Shown here piece by piece: positions 38,472 to 51,223 of a stretch of 64,000 nt of DNA (within the stretch, counting starts at the first letter, position 1; each line of letters opens with the position of its first letter). Both the position numbers and the translations under genes were made by a program. Source of the stretch: Pavona decussata (lineage: Eukaryota). Location of the stretch: assembly GCA_977016875.1 (NCBI GenBank), contig CDRNST010000002.1, positions 2,232,001 through 2,296,000 on the forward strand, in the 5' to 3' direction. Under the pieces are notes generated by a model that did no database searches, was not told the DNA's origin, and saw only the letters and a list, made by a program, of their open reading frames with translations.

Positions 38472-41400
38472 TTATTGAATAACTTTTCAGTTTAGAATTT
38501 GTTCTGAAACCTGCTGCAGACAGTGTCTAGGAAACAGTTCCTGGACTGGGAAAAAATGTGTTTCATTGTCTTAAACTGTAGAATGTTTTGATGATTTCGC
38601 AGTTCTGTAATATAATCCACTTCTGACAGTTGGTTAGTGCTTTAGTGACATCTTTTTTTTTTTCTATAATAATAATAATAATAATAATAAGAAGAAGAAG
38701 AATAAGAATAATAATAATAAGAATAATAATTATTATTATTATTATTAATTTAAGAATGAATGAAATTTTGTGATCCTTGCAGTGTTTCTGTAAGCTTTAT
38801 CAGAAATCTGAACAAAACCTGCTCTAGATGATACACTTTAGCCCCACTGCTAGGGTCAAGATGCCATTTAAGGTTGTGCAGAGGAGAGCACTACATTTAC
38901 ATGACCATGATAATTTGCATGGTTTTCTCTAAGAGCAGAAGCTAAACAACCTGAGGTTGAAAGGAGATGGCAAAGTAACAAATATTACCTGCAAAAAGAT
39001 CCTAGCCAAGAGAAGTGGATCATCTTAGGGTGCCAGTAATTTAGTGTTGCATGGTACCCTTCAAGACAGCTTGTCTGTGTGTCTGCAGACAACTTCTTTA
39101 TGTCTCCAAGAAGTTGTTTACTGTCCAGGATGTTTGACACCTTGTCATAAGCTTTTGTACCTGAAAATTAAAACAGTGAAGCAATTATCAAATTGGAAAA
39201 TTTTACATTGAAATGAAAGCACACAACATTACCTATCTTAATCCATTTCCTTGGAGCAATCTCGTCATGCGCACACTCTCTAAACAGTGCATCTGGATGG
39301 TCCTTGTGTTTATTGCTGAGGTGACGCATGAACGACTTCCACTTAGCCAAAATCAGATTTTCAAAGCCTTGTACGGTTGTCGTTACGCACCAGTATAAAT
39401 GGTTCCTCACAGCTCTCATCCATTCTTTGATTCTCTCACACCCCTTTTCATTGCTAGCCTTCAGCAATTTCTTATTTATTGATCTGGCCACGTGCCAGAT
39501 GTCAAAGAAATGAGATGTTTGGGGCTGAAACTGCCTGATCCACTTAGCGATGCCCCTATGGCGATCAGAGACGAATGTAGCAACAGTCAGTCCCATCCTT
39601 TGCAAGAAATTGAAGCAACGTTTTGCCCCCTCTAATTCCATGGCATTACTGCTCCCAGTTTCATTGGCCTAAAGAAAAGGAAGGGAAAAAAAGGGAAAAG
39701 ATAATAAAAGGTAATTTACAACATTCACTACCAACAGGGAACTCTTTTCTGATGATAGATATATTTTGGAAGCGTTTTCCACTTCAAACATGGTCTATTG
39801 GGAAAACAGGGTCTGAACTTCCTGGTGAATATTGTTTCATTATACTTCCCGTTCAGAGTTGCTGCTAGCCTTTGTTTCAATATGAGAATAAGTACAGAAC
39901 CTTAGATAAAAAAGTGAGTTGTTATTAATTTACAAATAAAACTAATTGTCATATCAAAAGTTTTTCAATTGTCCTGATAATGAAACAGAGGCCAAACTCA
40001 ACTCAGACACAGCCTCCTCTGTGAAACGTTTCCCAAGTTCTGCTGGTTCTGCCCCCACCCTCCCACTCGAAACACACACCCACCCACCACCAGATTTGAG
40101 CAAGTGAATTTGGAAAACATGCAACTGCCAACATATATTTAAACTCGTAAAATAAATTGTAATACTCCACTTTCTACTTGTAAAAGTTCAAAATGGACAA
40201 TTTTCATAATTGTCGAGCAAAACATAGTGTAGGCTCCATATTTTGCATTGTGCCCCATGGAGTCATATCTCCCATCACCACACCACACAACGTCACTTGC
40301 TGTCTTGAGTTGAGTGATTAAGTTACCCCGGTATGTCTCCCAGTGATAGAGAATGGCGGGGAAAACAAACTTCTTCTGATGTAAAAAGTAAGTACGGGTG
40401 CTGTAGGTTGAGAGGCCCATATGCCGGAACACCAAAAGGACCTTGCAAATAGGACGCACCAGCAAATAGGACTGCAAAACTCAGAAGGACATTTCCAACA
40501 GGATACCTCCCCAGGACTGGATGGTATGGCTGACTTCTCCAGGTGTATGGCTTTCCTTCACAATGTTTGCAGTGCTGAAGCACAGTAACCGTAGTCCCAG
40601 TCTGCTTCATTTCAACCTTCGGCTTGCCTACTTTGCAGCGAAAGCAGAACATTGAAAATAAGCTCAGAAGCATACTGTAAAAAACCAAGAACTTTGGTTC
40701 AGTCTCCACAGGTGTGTTGGTCTCTACCCTTTTAGCAAAAAAATAAAAAAATAGAGTAATAATAATTTCACAAATACAGCAAGCTATAGTGGACGTGTGT
40801 AGGCAATAGCATTTTCTTTTCACAACTCCACAACTATATATGCGAGTTTGTTGTTGTTACTTACAATAAATTTATTTATTGTGATAATTTTCAAGTTGTT
40901 AAAATGGCATTCAAGTAAAGATAAATCGAAATGCACAACAATATCAAGTGAAATACAGTGCTGACCAACCTCAGTTTTCTTTCTTTTTCATCATCATCGT
41001 TGTCACTGTGGGAAATATCTTCCTCCAGTGAAGCCCAGTCAGGATCAGCCTCATCATCTGTGTCTGTTCCAGTGGAAAAAAGATGGCCTTCTTCATGTCT
41101 GTATGGTTGTCCAGAACCAATTTCTTCATCGTGATCGTCATCATCACTATCATGATCCTCCGAGCTATCAGTTCTTTCCTCAATTTGTGCCTAATCAGAG
41201 AAGAGAGAGAATTAGATGTAAAAAAGGTATTTCGTAAAAGACCAAATTAAAAGGAAAAAAATGAAATAATACTAGAAGGCTACAATAACATATCCTAGTA
41301 ATACATGTGTTATATTGGTTACATCTTCTCCAGGCAAGTGAAAAGCCATTTTATATTCATAATTTAGGTACTTACAAATAATATTCACGGAAACAATGTA

Positions 41401-42030
41401 ATATTAAATAAAAAGACAAACCGCAAGAAAAAACAGAAGTAAAGGTGTGTGAAAGATGAGTCCCGACCGAACGCTCGATGATAGACATAGATTACGATAT
41501 GCATTGTTATTACAAATTGCTGTAGTTGTCGTTGTTGATTCAAGCCGCAATACTCACGCGTTTCAGTTCTTCTTTTAGCTCGCGATCCCTCTTGCGTAAG
41601 TACGCGTTTTCTTTTTGAAGACGCCTATTTTTTTTGGAGAGATGTGAGCATTTGCTGCACGATGGCGGACTCGGTGGCCTTTCGGCTCCGACAGGAGTTT
41701 CAGTGATGTGATACTCAGTGGGCTGTTGTTCGATGTCATCAGGACAAGTTGGGTCAGGATTTTGTTCCTGCGGTGCGCTTTCCACATCTTGAGCCGTTGA
41801 AGATAAATCAGATAAATCCGCCGATGGAGATGCCGTAGTAGTCAACAACTCTCTAAGGAACTAGATTCAAAAGAATAATTTTCAGATTGAGCCTTACACG
41901 GATCGTGGAACAATTTGAATGTTCTATTGGAACTTCTCACATCAATAAACATGAGAGTTTTATATGCGGTACACTCACCATTCTTCGATCTCGATCTGCG
42001 CATGAAATGTCGCAAATTTCAAGCCTCGGA
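37397..42030 (-). pseudogene. Kolobok DDE transposase, multi-exon, frameshifted
   Basis: EPKFLVF..., CGDGRYDSMGHNAKYGAYT (D), AMELEG, FVSDRH (D), FFDIWHV, QTSCLEGYHA (E), HILASLHFNEN, C-terminal CRKCHQPMRGH. Frameshifts near 40452 and 38090. Confidence 0.85.
38412..38745. repeat. (ATT)n and (AAT)n/(AAG)n microsatellites in a Kolobok intron
   Basis: Visible at 38412-38470 and 38666-38745. Confidence 0.9.
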
Positions 42031-42849
42031 GGGAAATTTCAAACCACTAAAAATAATGGATTTTCTTCACGCCAAAGCGGGAAACGACTGAAAATGAAGT
42101 TTAAGGAAGATAAGCAATATAAAAACGCAAAAAAGTGTGACAGTACAATTTCGTTTCATGTGCACTTTAAGAAAATAATTCAATCCGAGTTGTTACAACA
42201 AAAATACGGTACAGCTGAACTAGTTAAGGGCATCCCTCTTACCATTTGAATTGTTTCCTGCCCAGGTGGAGACATTTCTTCCTGCTTGGAAAAACCTCGA
42301 GTACATGCATATGACCCTCGTGTGAAAAATGACATTTCGTGTACCAAACACGATTATACTTTTTAGCGGTAATTCAGCAGTAAGTCTGCGTGCCCTTTCA
42401 AGGAAAATGGCGGTTACTCCGCTAGTTGGGACTTTTGCTGTGAAAGCTGTTAAATTTGAAGCTTCGAATTTTTAGAAAGGTACGTTTATTATTCATTTTT
42501 CTTTTCATAAAAAGTTGTCTACTTTTGTGTTTAAAGGTATGGCCGTATGAAGTTTAACAACATTCTCTTTTAAGAAAAATTCTGCAATAATCTGCAGGGT
42601 TTGTTCTTTTTGCCACCCAGGCCTGTTTTGGCTCAAATCAAGCTTCAGGGAATTGGTTTAGTACCATTAAGTGTTTTATTGAGTCTTGTTTTGTTATCAT
42701 CGTCCCCTAATAGCCTATGACAGCTGTAATAGTGCTATAGTGCTTGCCATGGATTACCCTATACCTTCATCTCTCAAGCCTCTCTGAAAACTCAAGATAA
42801 TGACTTTGCTATCTAAAGACAATTAACACGCGCGATACACGTGCTTTAT

Positions 42850-43792
42850 TATTGTTGCTTCGTTGGCGCAACGGGCCAGAGTCGATAATATTTTCGTGGG
42901 ACTGGTTTGACACAAGGACAGTCGGATTTTTTGGTTTGAACAAGGTTCTCGGGATAACCTCTTTCCCTTAGGCGTGATTTGAGATTTTTAATTTTCTCTT
43001 CAAATATTTTTTTAGAAGAGTTCTGAAAAGTCTCAGAGCCTCGCCTATGATGAAGCCTTTTTTGACCCCTGGTGGGTGGCACGAAGAATAGTGCATATAT
43101 TGAAATGTTTCAGTAAGGTTGAAGTGCGTACGCACATCAAAAACTGAATTGCTTCTGAATCTTCCACCTTTGTAAATCTTTGAGCAATGGTTGTTGCTCT
43201 TTTAAGTGCCAGTCTTTCAAGAGGATTTGTTTAAAGTTTGGCACTGGTGGGGGGTATTGTGTTATGAAAGGCAAGATTCGTTTGTTCTCCTTTGGTTTTT
43301 GAAGGAGTGCTATTTTCCTGTTTTCAAATTGCACTTCTGAGAGGGTCCTTTGAACAAGGTTCTCGGGATAACCTCTTTCCCTTAGGCGTGTTTTAACATT
43401 TTTAATTTCTCTTCAAATATTATTTTTAGAAGAGTTTATTCTGAGAAGTCTCAGAACCTTGCCTTTGATAAAGCCTTTTTTGACCCCTGGTGTGTGGCAC
43501 AAAGAAAAGTGCATATATTGAAATGTTTCAGTAGGTTTGAAGCGCGTACGCACATCAAGAACTGAATTGCTTCACCTTTGTAAATGTTTGTTTCCAGAAA
43601 TGTTGTTTCTGTCTCTGAAATTTCAGCCGTGAATTTAATTGTCGGGTGGTGGTTGTTTGCTTGTTCAATGAACTGCAGTATTTCCTCTCTGTTTAGAGTC
43701 CAGATGGAAAATATGTCGTCTATATATCGCTTCCAAATAAGCAGTTATAGTGCGCTTTGGTTTAAAATCTCCGTTTCAACCTTACAGGGTGT
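42850..43792 (-). pseudogene. Penelope-like element RT/thumb fragment with internal partial duplication
   Basis: WKRYIDDIFSIW, HPTIKFTAEISETETTFL, FKPTETFQY, RLRERGYP, ILPFITQY; about 42935-43175 is a diverged copy of about 43350-43585. Confidence 0.8.
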
Positions 43793-45181
43793 CCAGTTCC
43801 TATTTTTTAGCTGGTAAAGCCAATGTGTGTTACAAAATTGAAAATGAAGTTATAGTTGTGTTTCAGACGAAGATTCAGGATAAAGCAAGTAGTGAAATAT
43901 CATTAGTTTATGTTTGTAAAATTTTCTTCTGCCCCATTGTACATTTATCTAGTAATGTAGTTCACTTGACTATTTTGAACTGAACATGATATTCTGAATA
44001 AACCCATCGAAAAAGCATTTCGTTATCCATAGATGTAGTTATTTTGAAATCTTGCAAGCTTATTGGTAGGTTCTTAAAGAGAAAAGCCTGTGAGAAGAAG
44101 TTTGGAAGTGACCTTGCAAGTAGTGACTGTAGTGCAAACAATCAGCTAGACTTTCAAAAAAGTCCTTCCCATTAATATGGCGCGGGAAGAAGGACTTTTC
44201 CTACTTGATTGGCGCCAGTTTTAGCAACCCAAAAACGGGTCGCTGTCGAGGCGATTCTCAACAATTGCCGGCACAGTATTAAAAAGTGTTGACGGGCCAA
44301 CTTGACTCCTGCAGTTCGCAAATAGATTTTGTAATAAAGCCTTCAATGGGGTATGTTAGCTCTGCTTAATGATGTCGATCTCAATCATGAAGGGAAAAAC
44401 TCAATGTACTGAATGGAGGTTTTCTTACTGAACATTCTGAGCTGTCAGGAGAAGTTTTTCACTTGCGATTGGGTACGTTAGCTCTGTGGCATTTGTTTAC
44501 CGGCTCGGATCAACTGCAAAATATGTTACGAAACAGCGCTAAATAAATGCTATCTATGAAGACATCGGATCCGCGGATTTTGTAACTCGTGATTTTACGC
44601 TTTTCTGCAGTGAGATTGCAGGATATTCCTTTAGCATGAATATGAGAGTCTAATAGGTCCACGTCTTTACAAGACAGCGCTACTGACTATATTTTGTTGG
44701 GTTTCGTTCTTGTCAGCACAGTTATGTTAACAAACAGTCACTAGAGATCTCCTCTCCCAGTATTGACTCGAGATTGAAACAAGCTTTTGTTTTTTTCCGG
44801 CCGCCTGAGGGTGTCAACTTACGCCTAAAATCTTTGTTAGAAACAACTTTTGCGTAAAGTAAACAAATTTCCTTCTTCGATGATCGAGATACGTATACAC
44901 ACACGTTCGATAGATTTTGTTGGAGTGGAATCAAATCTAATATCTTTACGATATGTCATTTTATGTCTGTATGTTTAACAATAGGAGTATTACTTCGATT
45001 ATAATAAGTTGTGATTAAAAGTAAAAATATATAATATAAAATGTAAAATGTACAAAAAACATGCATATAAAACAACTACTTAAAAAAATAAAAATAAAAA
45101 ATAAAAAAAAAAAAGTAATAAAAAAAATCAATCAGGAGTCAATGCAATAGTACAAAAGGTGTGTCTTAAGTAGCGCCGTAA

Positions 45182-48100
45182 GGGGGCCCTCTGGTTGAAA
45201 ACCATCAATAAAATAGGTCATTACTAAAATAGTCATAGCATCCCCCCCATTTGTGGTAGACTGCTGAAATTTGGTATGAAGCAAGTGTTTGACTCTATGT
45301 ACCAACTTGTGAGTGAACTTGACCATATTTGTGTATTCTTAGTTAATTATTAACAACAACAAAGATTATATCAATTTTCAAGCTGTCTTCTGCCCCCTCA
45401 AATAAAAAGAACAAAATACATCTAATTGAGCTGGTTTTAAGCCTCATTGATCTAATTAAGAAACACTACAAACCTATTGAGCGAAATCGGGTTTCGACTA
45501 TTTGTGTCACCATGGCAACCAAAGCACTTGAAATAAAAATCAACTTGTCAAATCTCCAGTTATTTTTAGTGAAATGGAATTTGGCTCAATAGGTTTATAG
45601 TATGTCATGTCAAAAATATTTGTGCCAAATTTGGTGATGTCTGCACAAATACAACTTGAAAAATTTAAGGGGGCAGCCAAAAATGCACGAAAAATGCATA
45701 TTTTCAGAAAATGCAATTTAAAGTAATTAATGCCTAGAAACATGACTTCAAGTTAGTTTTCCACAACAAAACACAATATGTTGGCAAAAATGTGTTCAAA
45801 TGGATATGTTCAAAGTCTTGTCTTGTTCTACTTTGCCTTTTTCTTCCTTTTGGGTTCATTGCAGGGTCCAAGTTCATTGAAAGCCCCAGCTGCATACGTA
45901 ACATCCTCGCGATGGATCCTTAGGTCTTCATCACGCTGTTTGGCTTGTCTCCGAGCAACTCTGTATTTCTTATGCAAATCTTGCACTCTCTTCTCTGCCT
46001 GCTTAACTCTCTCTGAATCCCTTCTCCTTGCTTCTTTCTTGGCACTCTCACCCACACTTAGCCCAACCTTGCCCATGATAGCATGCTTTGCGGAGGCACC
46101 ACCACTGAAATGTAAGGCAGCTGAAGAAGCAGCCAACTGCACTCTCTTATTCCCATGCCACTTGTGTTTTGGACATTTGTTCCAGACCAGTGAGTTGATG
46201 GACTCATTAGCATTCTGGGTATATCCAGGCAAACATCTGGCAAGCAGAGCAGAATCTGTAAGCCGGTCATAAATCTTGATGAGATGTTCCTTGAACACGC
46301 TGTCAAGATGGTATGGCTTGTCGGGGCAAGGTAGCCCTTTCTTGTATTTACACCATGAATTTGATGGACAATACTTGTGTCTTTCTTTATCTGGCAGTTT
46401 TAGGCAGTGAAACAATTTTGCAAGAATTGCAGTCTTCATAAGTTGCACAGCCTGGTCCCTCTCTTCAGTAGTTGTGATGTCTTTCTTTACATTGTTGCGA
46501 ATTGCCTTGCCATAATACTTTTTCAGTTTTTCTATGGCAGCCTTCGTCAGTCTTCCATTCCTCCCCTTCATTGGCTTTCCATCATCTAATTTGACTGAGG
46601 ATTTTTGAAACTCATACAGAGCTTTTCCAAGCCTCTTTTGGACATGGCCAATACAGTCAAGTTTCATGACCCTGTCACAACCTGCAGTTCCAGCCAGATG
46701 ATCCTCTTCCCACTTCTTGAAATTCTCTGAACTTTTCCAGTTGACATATTCTTTGTCAGTACTTTGGAGGTTTTCATAATGGTGGCAAGTGTCACAGGCA
46801 CCATAAATGCTCCAAACTGCATTATAGGCCTTTGAGTCTCCATCCGAAATCATCCATGTGTATCTGATGAAATCACACTCACTTCTTCCCCACAGCCTTT
46901 TCGCACATTCCATCTCCATACTTGGGCTGGATCCTTTGTAAGAGCCTTTACACTGATGGGTCTGGAACCAATCTTCAAATTGCTCTTCAGTCAAACTTGC
47001 TTTCTTTTGTAGACACAAGCCACAGGTTTTGGAAATAACTTCCAGGTCAAGTACCTTGCCAGTTGCAGCCGAAATAACAAATCCAACACAATGATTGGCA
47101 GTGTAACCTCGTTTTGACCATGAGCCATCAAAACTTACTGGAATACTAATTACTGTTTGGTCATCAGCATCAGTGATGCCTTCTTCTTCTATTGCCTGCT
47201 TTCTTGCCTCAGCTTTGTTTAGCGCTAATTGTTCCTGTACTACCTCCTCGTGAGCCTTGCTTAGTGCCTCTTCATGGTCATACCAGGTTGAAAGTGACAT
47301 ACTGAATGGCATGTTGAGCATTTCACACAGTTTAGAAATACCTTCTTTTCCAACTCCCATCTCAAAAGCACCATAAACTATCCGCCTATTCAAATCTTTG
47401 CCTTGAATTGTCCTTGGGATGGTGTCGTTGGAGGGATGATCACCAGTGCCGAGGAACTCTGTCATGCCACAGTCACACTTGACAAAGATTGGGCTGCTCA
47501 TCCCCATTCTGTTCACTGTGCTATCTAATACTTCAATTTCACCTACAAGGTAAATTAAAGGAGATAATTTATCATTTTCTTGTTTAAACCTTCATAATTA
47601 GTGGATTACAAATTCATTTTCACGTTTTGCTTCCTAACTATAACATTATGTAGAAATTTCTACAAGCTCACCTGAGGCACATGGTGTATGAGTGTGAATT
47701 CTCTTCACAAATTTTCTTAAACTTTCCATCGATACCAGGCGATATCCTTGAGCAGTTTCTAAGTCCTCCAGTATACTTTCATCCGAGGAAGAGGCATCAG
47801 CTACACAAGCGCCAAGTTTTAGAGAAGAAGCCGGCACTGTTGGTGGTGGAATCATTTCGCTCACCACATCATCTTCACCAACAAACGTGATGTTCACATT
47901 TCGCTCTCTCGTAGCGTTTCTCGCTGTTTTTGCTTGTTTTTGAACACCTTTAAATCCTTTTCGCCTCTTTGGTTTGCCTTTCTTCAAAACAGACTGTTTT
48001 TTCCCTAGCTTCGGCATAATTTACCTTGTTTTGAACGACATAAAATACTGTATATAAACTGTAAACTGACACACGCGAGTGGAAAATGGCGACCTTGTTT

Positions 48101-48432
48101 GAGATTGCTAGTGCTTTGCATCCAGGCCTCCAAAATGACATCCAGGAATCTGGAATGAACTACAGGATGTAGGGGACCTCAGGACTATGGAATTGAGTGT
48201 TGCTTTTACATTTTAAGACTAGAAGATTGGGGAAAAAGCTATTGTTTACAATAGGTTACCATGGCAACGGAAAAACAAACTTCAAAACAACTGCGTTTTT
48301 TACTCCGCAAGAGAATTTATGTAAAAATAAAAAGCATATTCCAAATCTAAATAGATTTAGTAGATATTACTCTAAAAAAAAAAAATTCTCAAAAATTTTT
48401 CAAATTTTCGAAATTTCAACCAGAGGGCCCCC
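45182..48432 (-). mobile_element. Single-gene Kolobok-type DNA transposon, 3251 bp, intact
   Basis: 19-bp perfect TIR GGGGGCCCTCTGGTTGAAA; flanks GTAA (45178-45181) and TTAA (48433-48436). Confidence 0.9.
45828..48017 (-). CDS. DDE transposase ('Mutator-like' domain family, Kolobok type), 2 exons, about 686 aa
   Basis: Exons 48017-47672 and 47542-45828 splice in frame (2061 nt). Motifs SFDGSWSKRG (D), GSSPSMEM, ISDGDSK (D), KLDCIGHVQKR, TQNANES (E). Confidence 0.88.
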
Positions 48433-48436
48433 TTAA

Positions 48437-49260
48437 ATTGGGTGATGTTGCCGCGGTCTCGTAAATGTTCTGAAAAATCATTCCACAGGCTAGGTGCGGC
48501 CATTGCAAAACGATCCCCTAATGTCTTATATGATTTAAAACTTGGATGGCGCAACAATAAACTGTCATTGGATCTTAAGCCATACTTACATGGTGTCATC
48601 ACAACTATAAGGTCCTTGATGTAGTCGTGTGCAATACCATGAATAGCTTGAAATGTGATGAGCAGCAACTTAAATTGGATCCTGAATCTGACTGGCAGCC
48701 AGTGCAGCCTCTTGAGCAGTGGCGTCATCTGACAATATTTAGACTTGCATGCAACTAGCCTAGCAGCAACATTCTGGACACGTTGTTCTTTTCCTATTTG
48801 GTACGCAGGAAGTCCCTACATTAAGCTATTACAGTAGTCAACCCTGCTCTAGATAAATGCGTGCACAAGCGTCTCTGCTGCATCCGGTGACAGGTACTTT
48901 CGTATACGTCTGCTGTTCTGGAGATGGTAAAACGAAGTACCACAGGTCTTTGACACATGAGAGGCCATCGAGAACGTTGCGTCGAACCATGCACCAAGGT
49001 TTCTTGATGTTGGTATCTGCGCCTCACCAACGTGAAGGCTGCTGATGGAGATCTTTGCAAGCTGCTGCCGCGTACCAATCACAATGAACTCTCTCTTCCC
49101 ATCATTCAACATGAGACTCTTCAGCCATGCCCATGACTTAATGTCACTTACACAGTTCTGCATTGCCACTGCGACGCACTCTTCACTAATGCCAGTAATG
49201 CAAGATGGTCTAAAGGACTAGTAGAGCTGAAAGTCATCTGCGTATGAGTGCACTGTAGGT
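48437..49260 (-). pseudogene. L2-clade LINE RT 3' part; its last codons and 3' UTR lie at about 45000-45177
   Basis: HSYADDFQLY, LMLNDGK.EFIVIG, RNLGAWFD, LVHAFI, DYCNS, LHWLPVRFRIQFKLLL, APSLWN; the frame continues NITQFK|ALLKTHL across the Kolobok insertion. Confidence 0.85.
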
Positions 49261-49269
49261 TGCTGCTAC

Positions 49270-50160
49270 GGATTGCCTCGCGTTCGGTGGGTGGCAGATT
49301 GCTTTTAGGCTTTATTAATCCTTTTTCTGCTAGTCTGCTGTCTGCTGTCTTTCGATCAATGCACTAAATTGTGTGACGCTTGACTGGATATTTGCAGCGA
49401 TTGATTTTACATTGTTGATGGTTACATTCATATTAGCTGGCGCCGAGCACGCTGGTTCCGATTTGCTTTTACTGTTTCAAGCAGTGCATTGACCTTTCGG
49501 TCTTTTCGATCGTTTTATTTCGACCCTTTGGCGGTCAATTTCTCGATAGTGAAAACAAGTGAGCGCCTTGACATATTCTTGGTCAACATTCTTTCGGATA
49601 CATTTCACGTCCGTTTTAAAGTCAGTGTCCAGGCTTATTCTTGCCCTCGCCCTATGTTGAAGGGTTTCCGGGCACATTTCTTTTTCAGTGTGTCTTTCCA
49701 AGGACATTATGGCTTGCTCGGAGTGGCTGATCTTTTCCTCGGCGGATTGGCTGTGGCGGCCCTTTCTGCTGTCTCTGTTCGTATTCTGGAAGCTGGGTCT
49801 CTTTGAATCCTTTCTTTGGTTCTTGTATGTGTTCTTCGGCTCCTTGAAAGGAGGAAGTTGGTCATCAGATTTGCCAAGAAGAGTGTCTTCGTCAACATTT
49901 TTACATGTTTGCATTTTATTCTCTGTGCTTGTGCCAGGGGCTACTATAAACCCTTCTGATGTTAGTGAAGTCATTTTTGTTTGTGTAAGTCAGGCAATAC
50001 TGCGGTTTAGATCCTAATCCTGCGGATCTCATCATTTGCTGATTAAGGAGGAATGATAGAGATAGTTCTCTGTATCAATTCGGAGAAAGGGGTGTTCCCT
50101 TTAGGTTTTATACTCGAGCGAAGGATCGCAAATTCTACGTTCTTAGCGGTCGCTGTGGTC
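49270..50160 (-). mobile_element. Probable 5' region of a Penelope-like element (N-terminal ORF part)
   Basis: 165-aa ORF 49477-49974 with ..CPETLQHRARARI..D.DFK.D...IRK. Assigned from recalled similarity only. Confidence 0.35.
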
Positions 50161-50254
50161 ACTTTTGTACACTTCGAGCAAAATTGAAAAACCCTCTAAA
50201 ATTCAACATAAGTCGGTTACACTCTTAGCCCTTCAATTATCATGGTACATGGTA

Positions 50255-50680
50255 ACTGTCCAATGCATTGAAGAGCAGCGGTTCACTGCTATTGGGAAAC
50301 ACTTGAAGAATGATCACCAAGTTGACACAATTAGCGACCTAAAAAGCAACTTCACTATCCTAAAGAAATGTCAGGGAAAGCTTGTTAGCTTAATCCTTGA
50401 AATGGTTTGGCTCCGCAAGAAGAAACCGAGTCTAAACACCCAGTCAGACTCCATTCGCGCGAAACTATTTGTTTAAGCCAGTAAACAGACATAATTCTCA
50501 CTTTATAACACCTCTCTGAATGAACACCGGACAGTTACTTTTAGTCTTAATTTAATTTATTCTATTTTACACCTTTACTTTCTGTATAAATTATCTTTTG
50601 TGATATATTCTTTACTTGATAATGGTGCAAAGATGACACCGAAATGTCGTTCCGTTTTTCCGCTAACTTTCATACTTAAC
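50255..50680 (+). mobile_element. Penelope-like element 3' fragment (GIY-YIG C-terminus plus 3' region)
   Basis: QCIEEQRFTAIGKHL..DH...FTILKKC..K...LILEM..LRKKKPSLNTQSDSIRAKLF; downstream CTTGATAATGGTG...CACCGAAA stem-loop. Confidence 0.75.
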
Positions 50681-51014
50681 TGTACAAGTGGTTGATTTTG
50701 TAAATGGGCGCAAACAGACCTCGTATAAATGACTGTTTATAATAATAATAATAATAAATTAAATGATCTCTTTATTAAAATATTCCAAGTAAAATGTTAT
50801 TTACAGGTTAAAAGTAGCTATTAAAACTTATTTACAATTCTTTTCGATAAAAAAAGATTATTTTTAAGCAAATTTTTTTTTTGAAGAAAAGGGGAAAAAA
50901 ATCTCATCGAATTACAACAATATTATTATTATTCATTGATTTTTACCTAAAAAAACCCCATCAAACTATATCATAAAAAAAAGAAACAAGAAAAAGTATG
51001 TATAAAAATCATAG

Positions 51015-51131
51015 GACCTAGATTTTGGCGAGGCATCTATCTAATTCGAAGTCTGCGTCTCAAACGTTGTTTCCAATTTCTCTTCTAACTGTTCTTGACC
51101 CTCTTAGACAGAGTAAAGCGGACCTAAGGAT
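51015..51131 (-). pseudogene. Extreme 3' end of an RLE-type (CRE-like) non-LTR ORF
   Basis: LRSALLCLRGSRTVRR motif. Confidence 0.4.
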
Positions 51132-51137
51132 TGATAT

Positions 51138-51142
51138 TAATA

Positions 51143-51222
<80 letters not shown>
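51138..51222. repeat. (AAT)n microsatellite
   Basis: Directly visible. Confidence 0.97.

Positions 51223-51223
<1 letters not shown>

Larger units (their letters stand above)
35150..42166 (-). mobile_element. Two-gene Kolobok DNA transposon, 7017 bp, decayed
   Basis: TIRs AGTGCACATGAAA(T/C)GAA.TT; perfect TTAA at 35146-35149 and 42167-42170; convergent transposase and Cys-rich second gene. Confidence 0.9.

Noticed and set aside
44300-44934. Decayed Cys-containing minus-strand frame resembling TE N-terminal zinc fingers
   Set aside because: Too degraded, and no termini were found to classify it.
45778-46272. 164-aa plus-strand ORF as a second Kolobok gene
   Set aside because: Antisense shadow of the transposase C-terminus with no independent motif.
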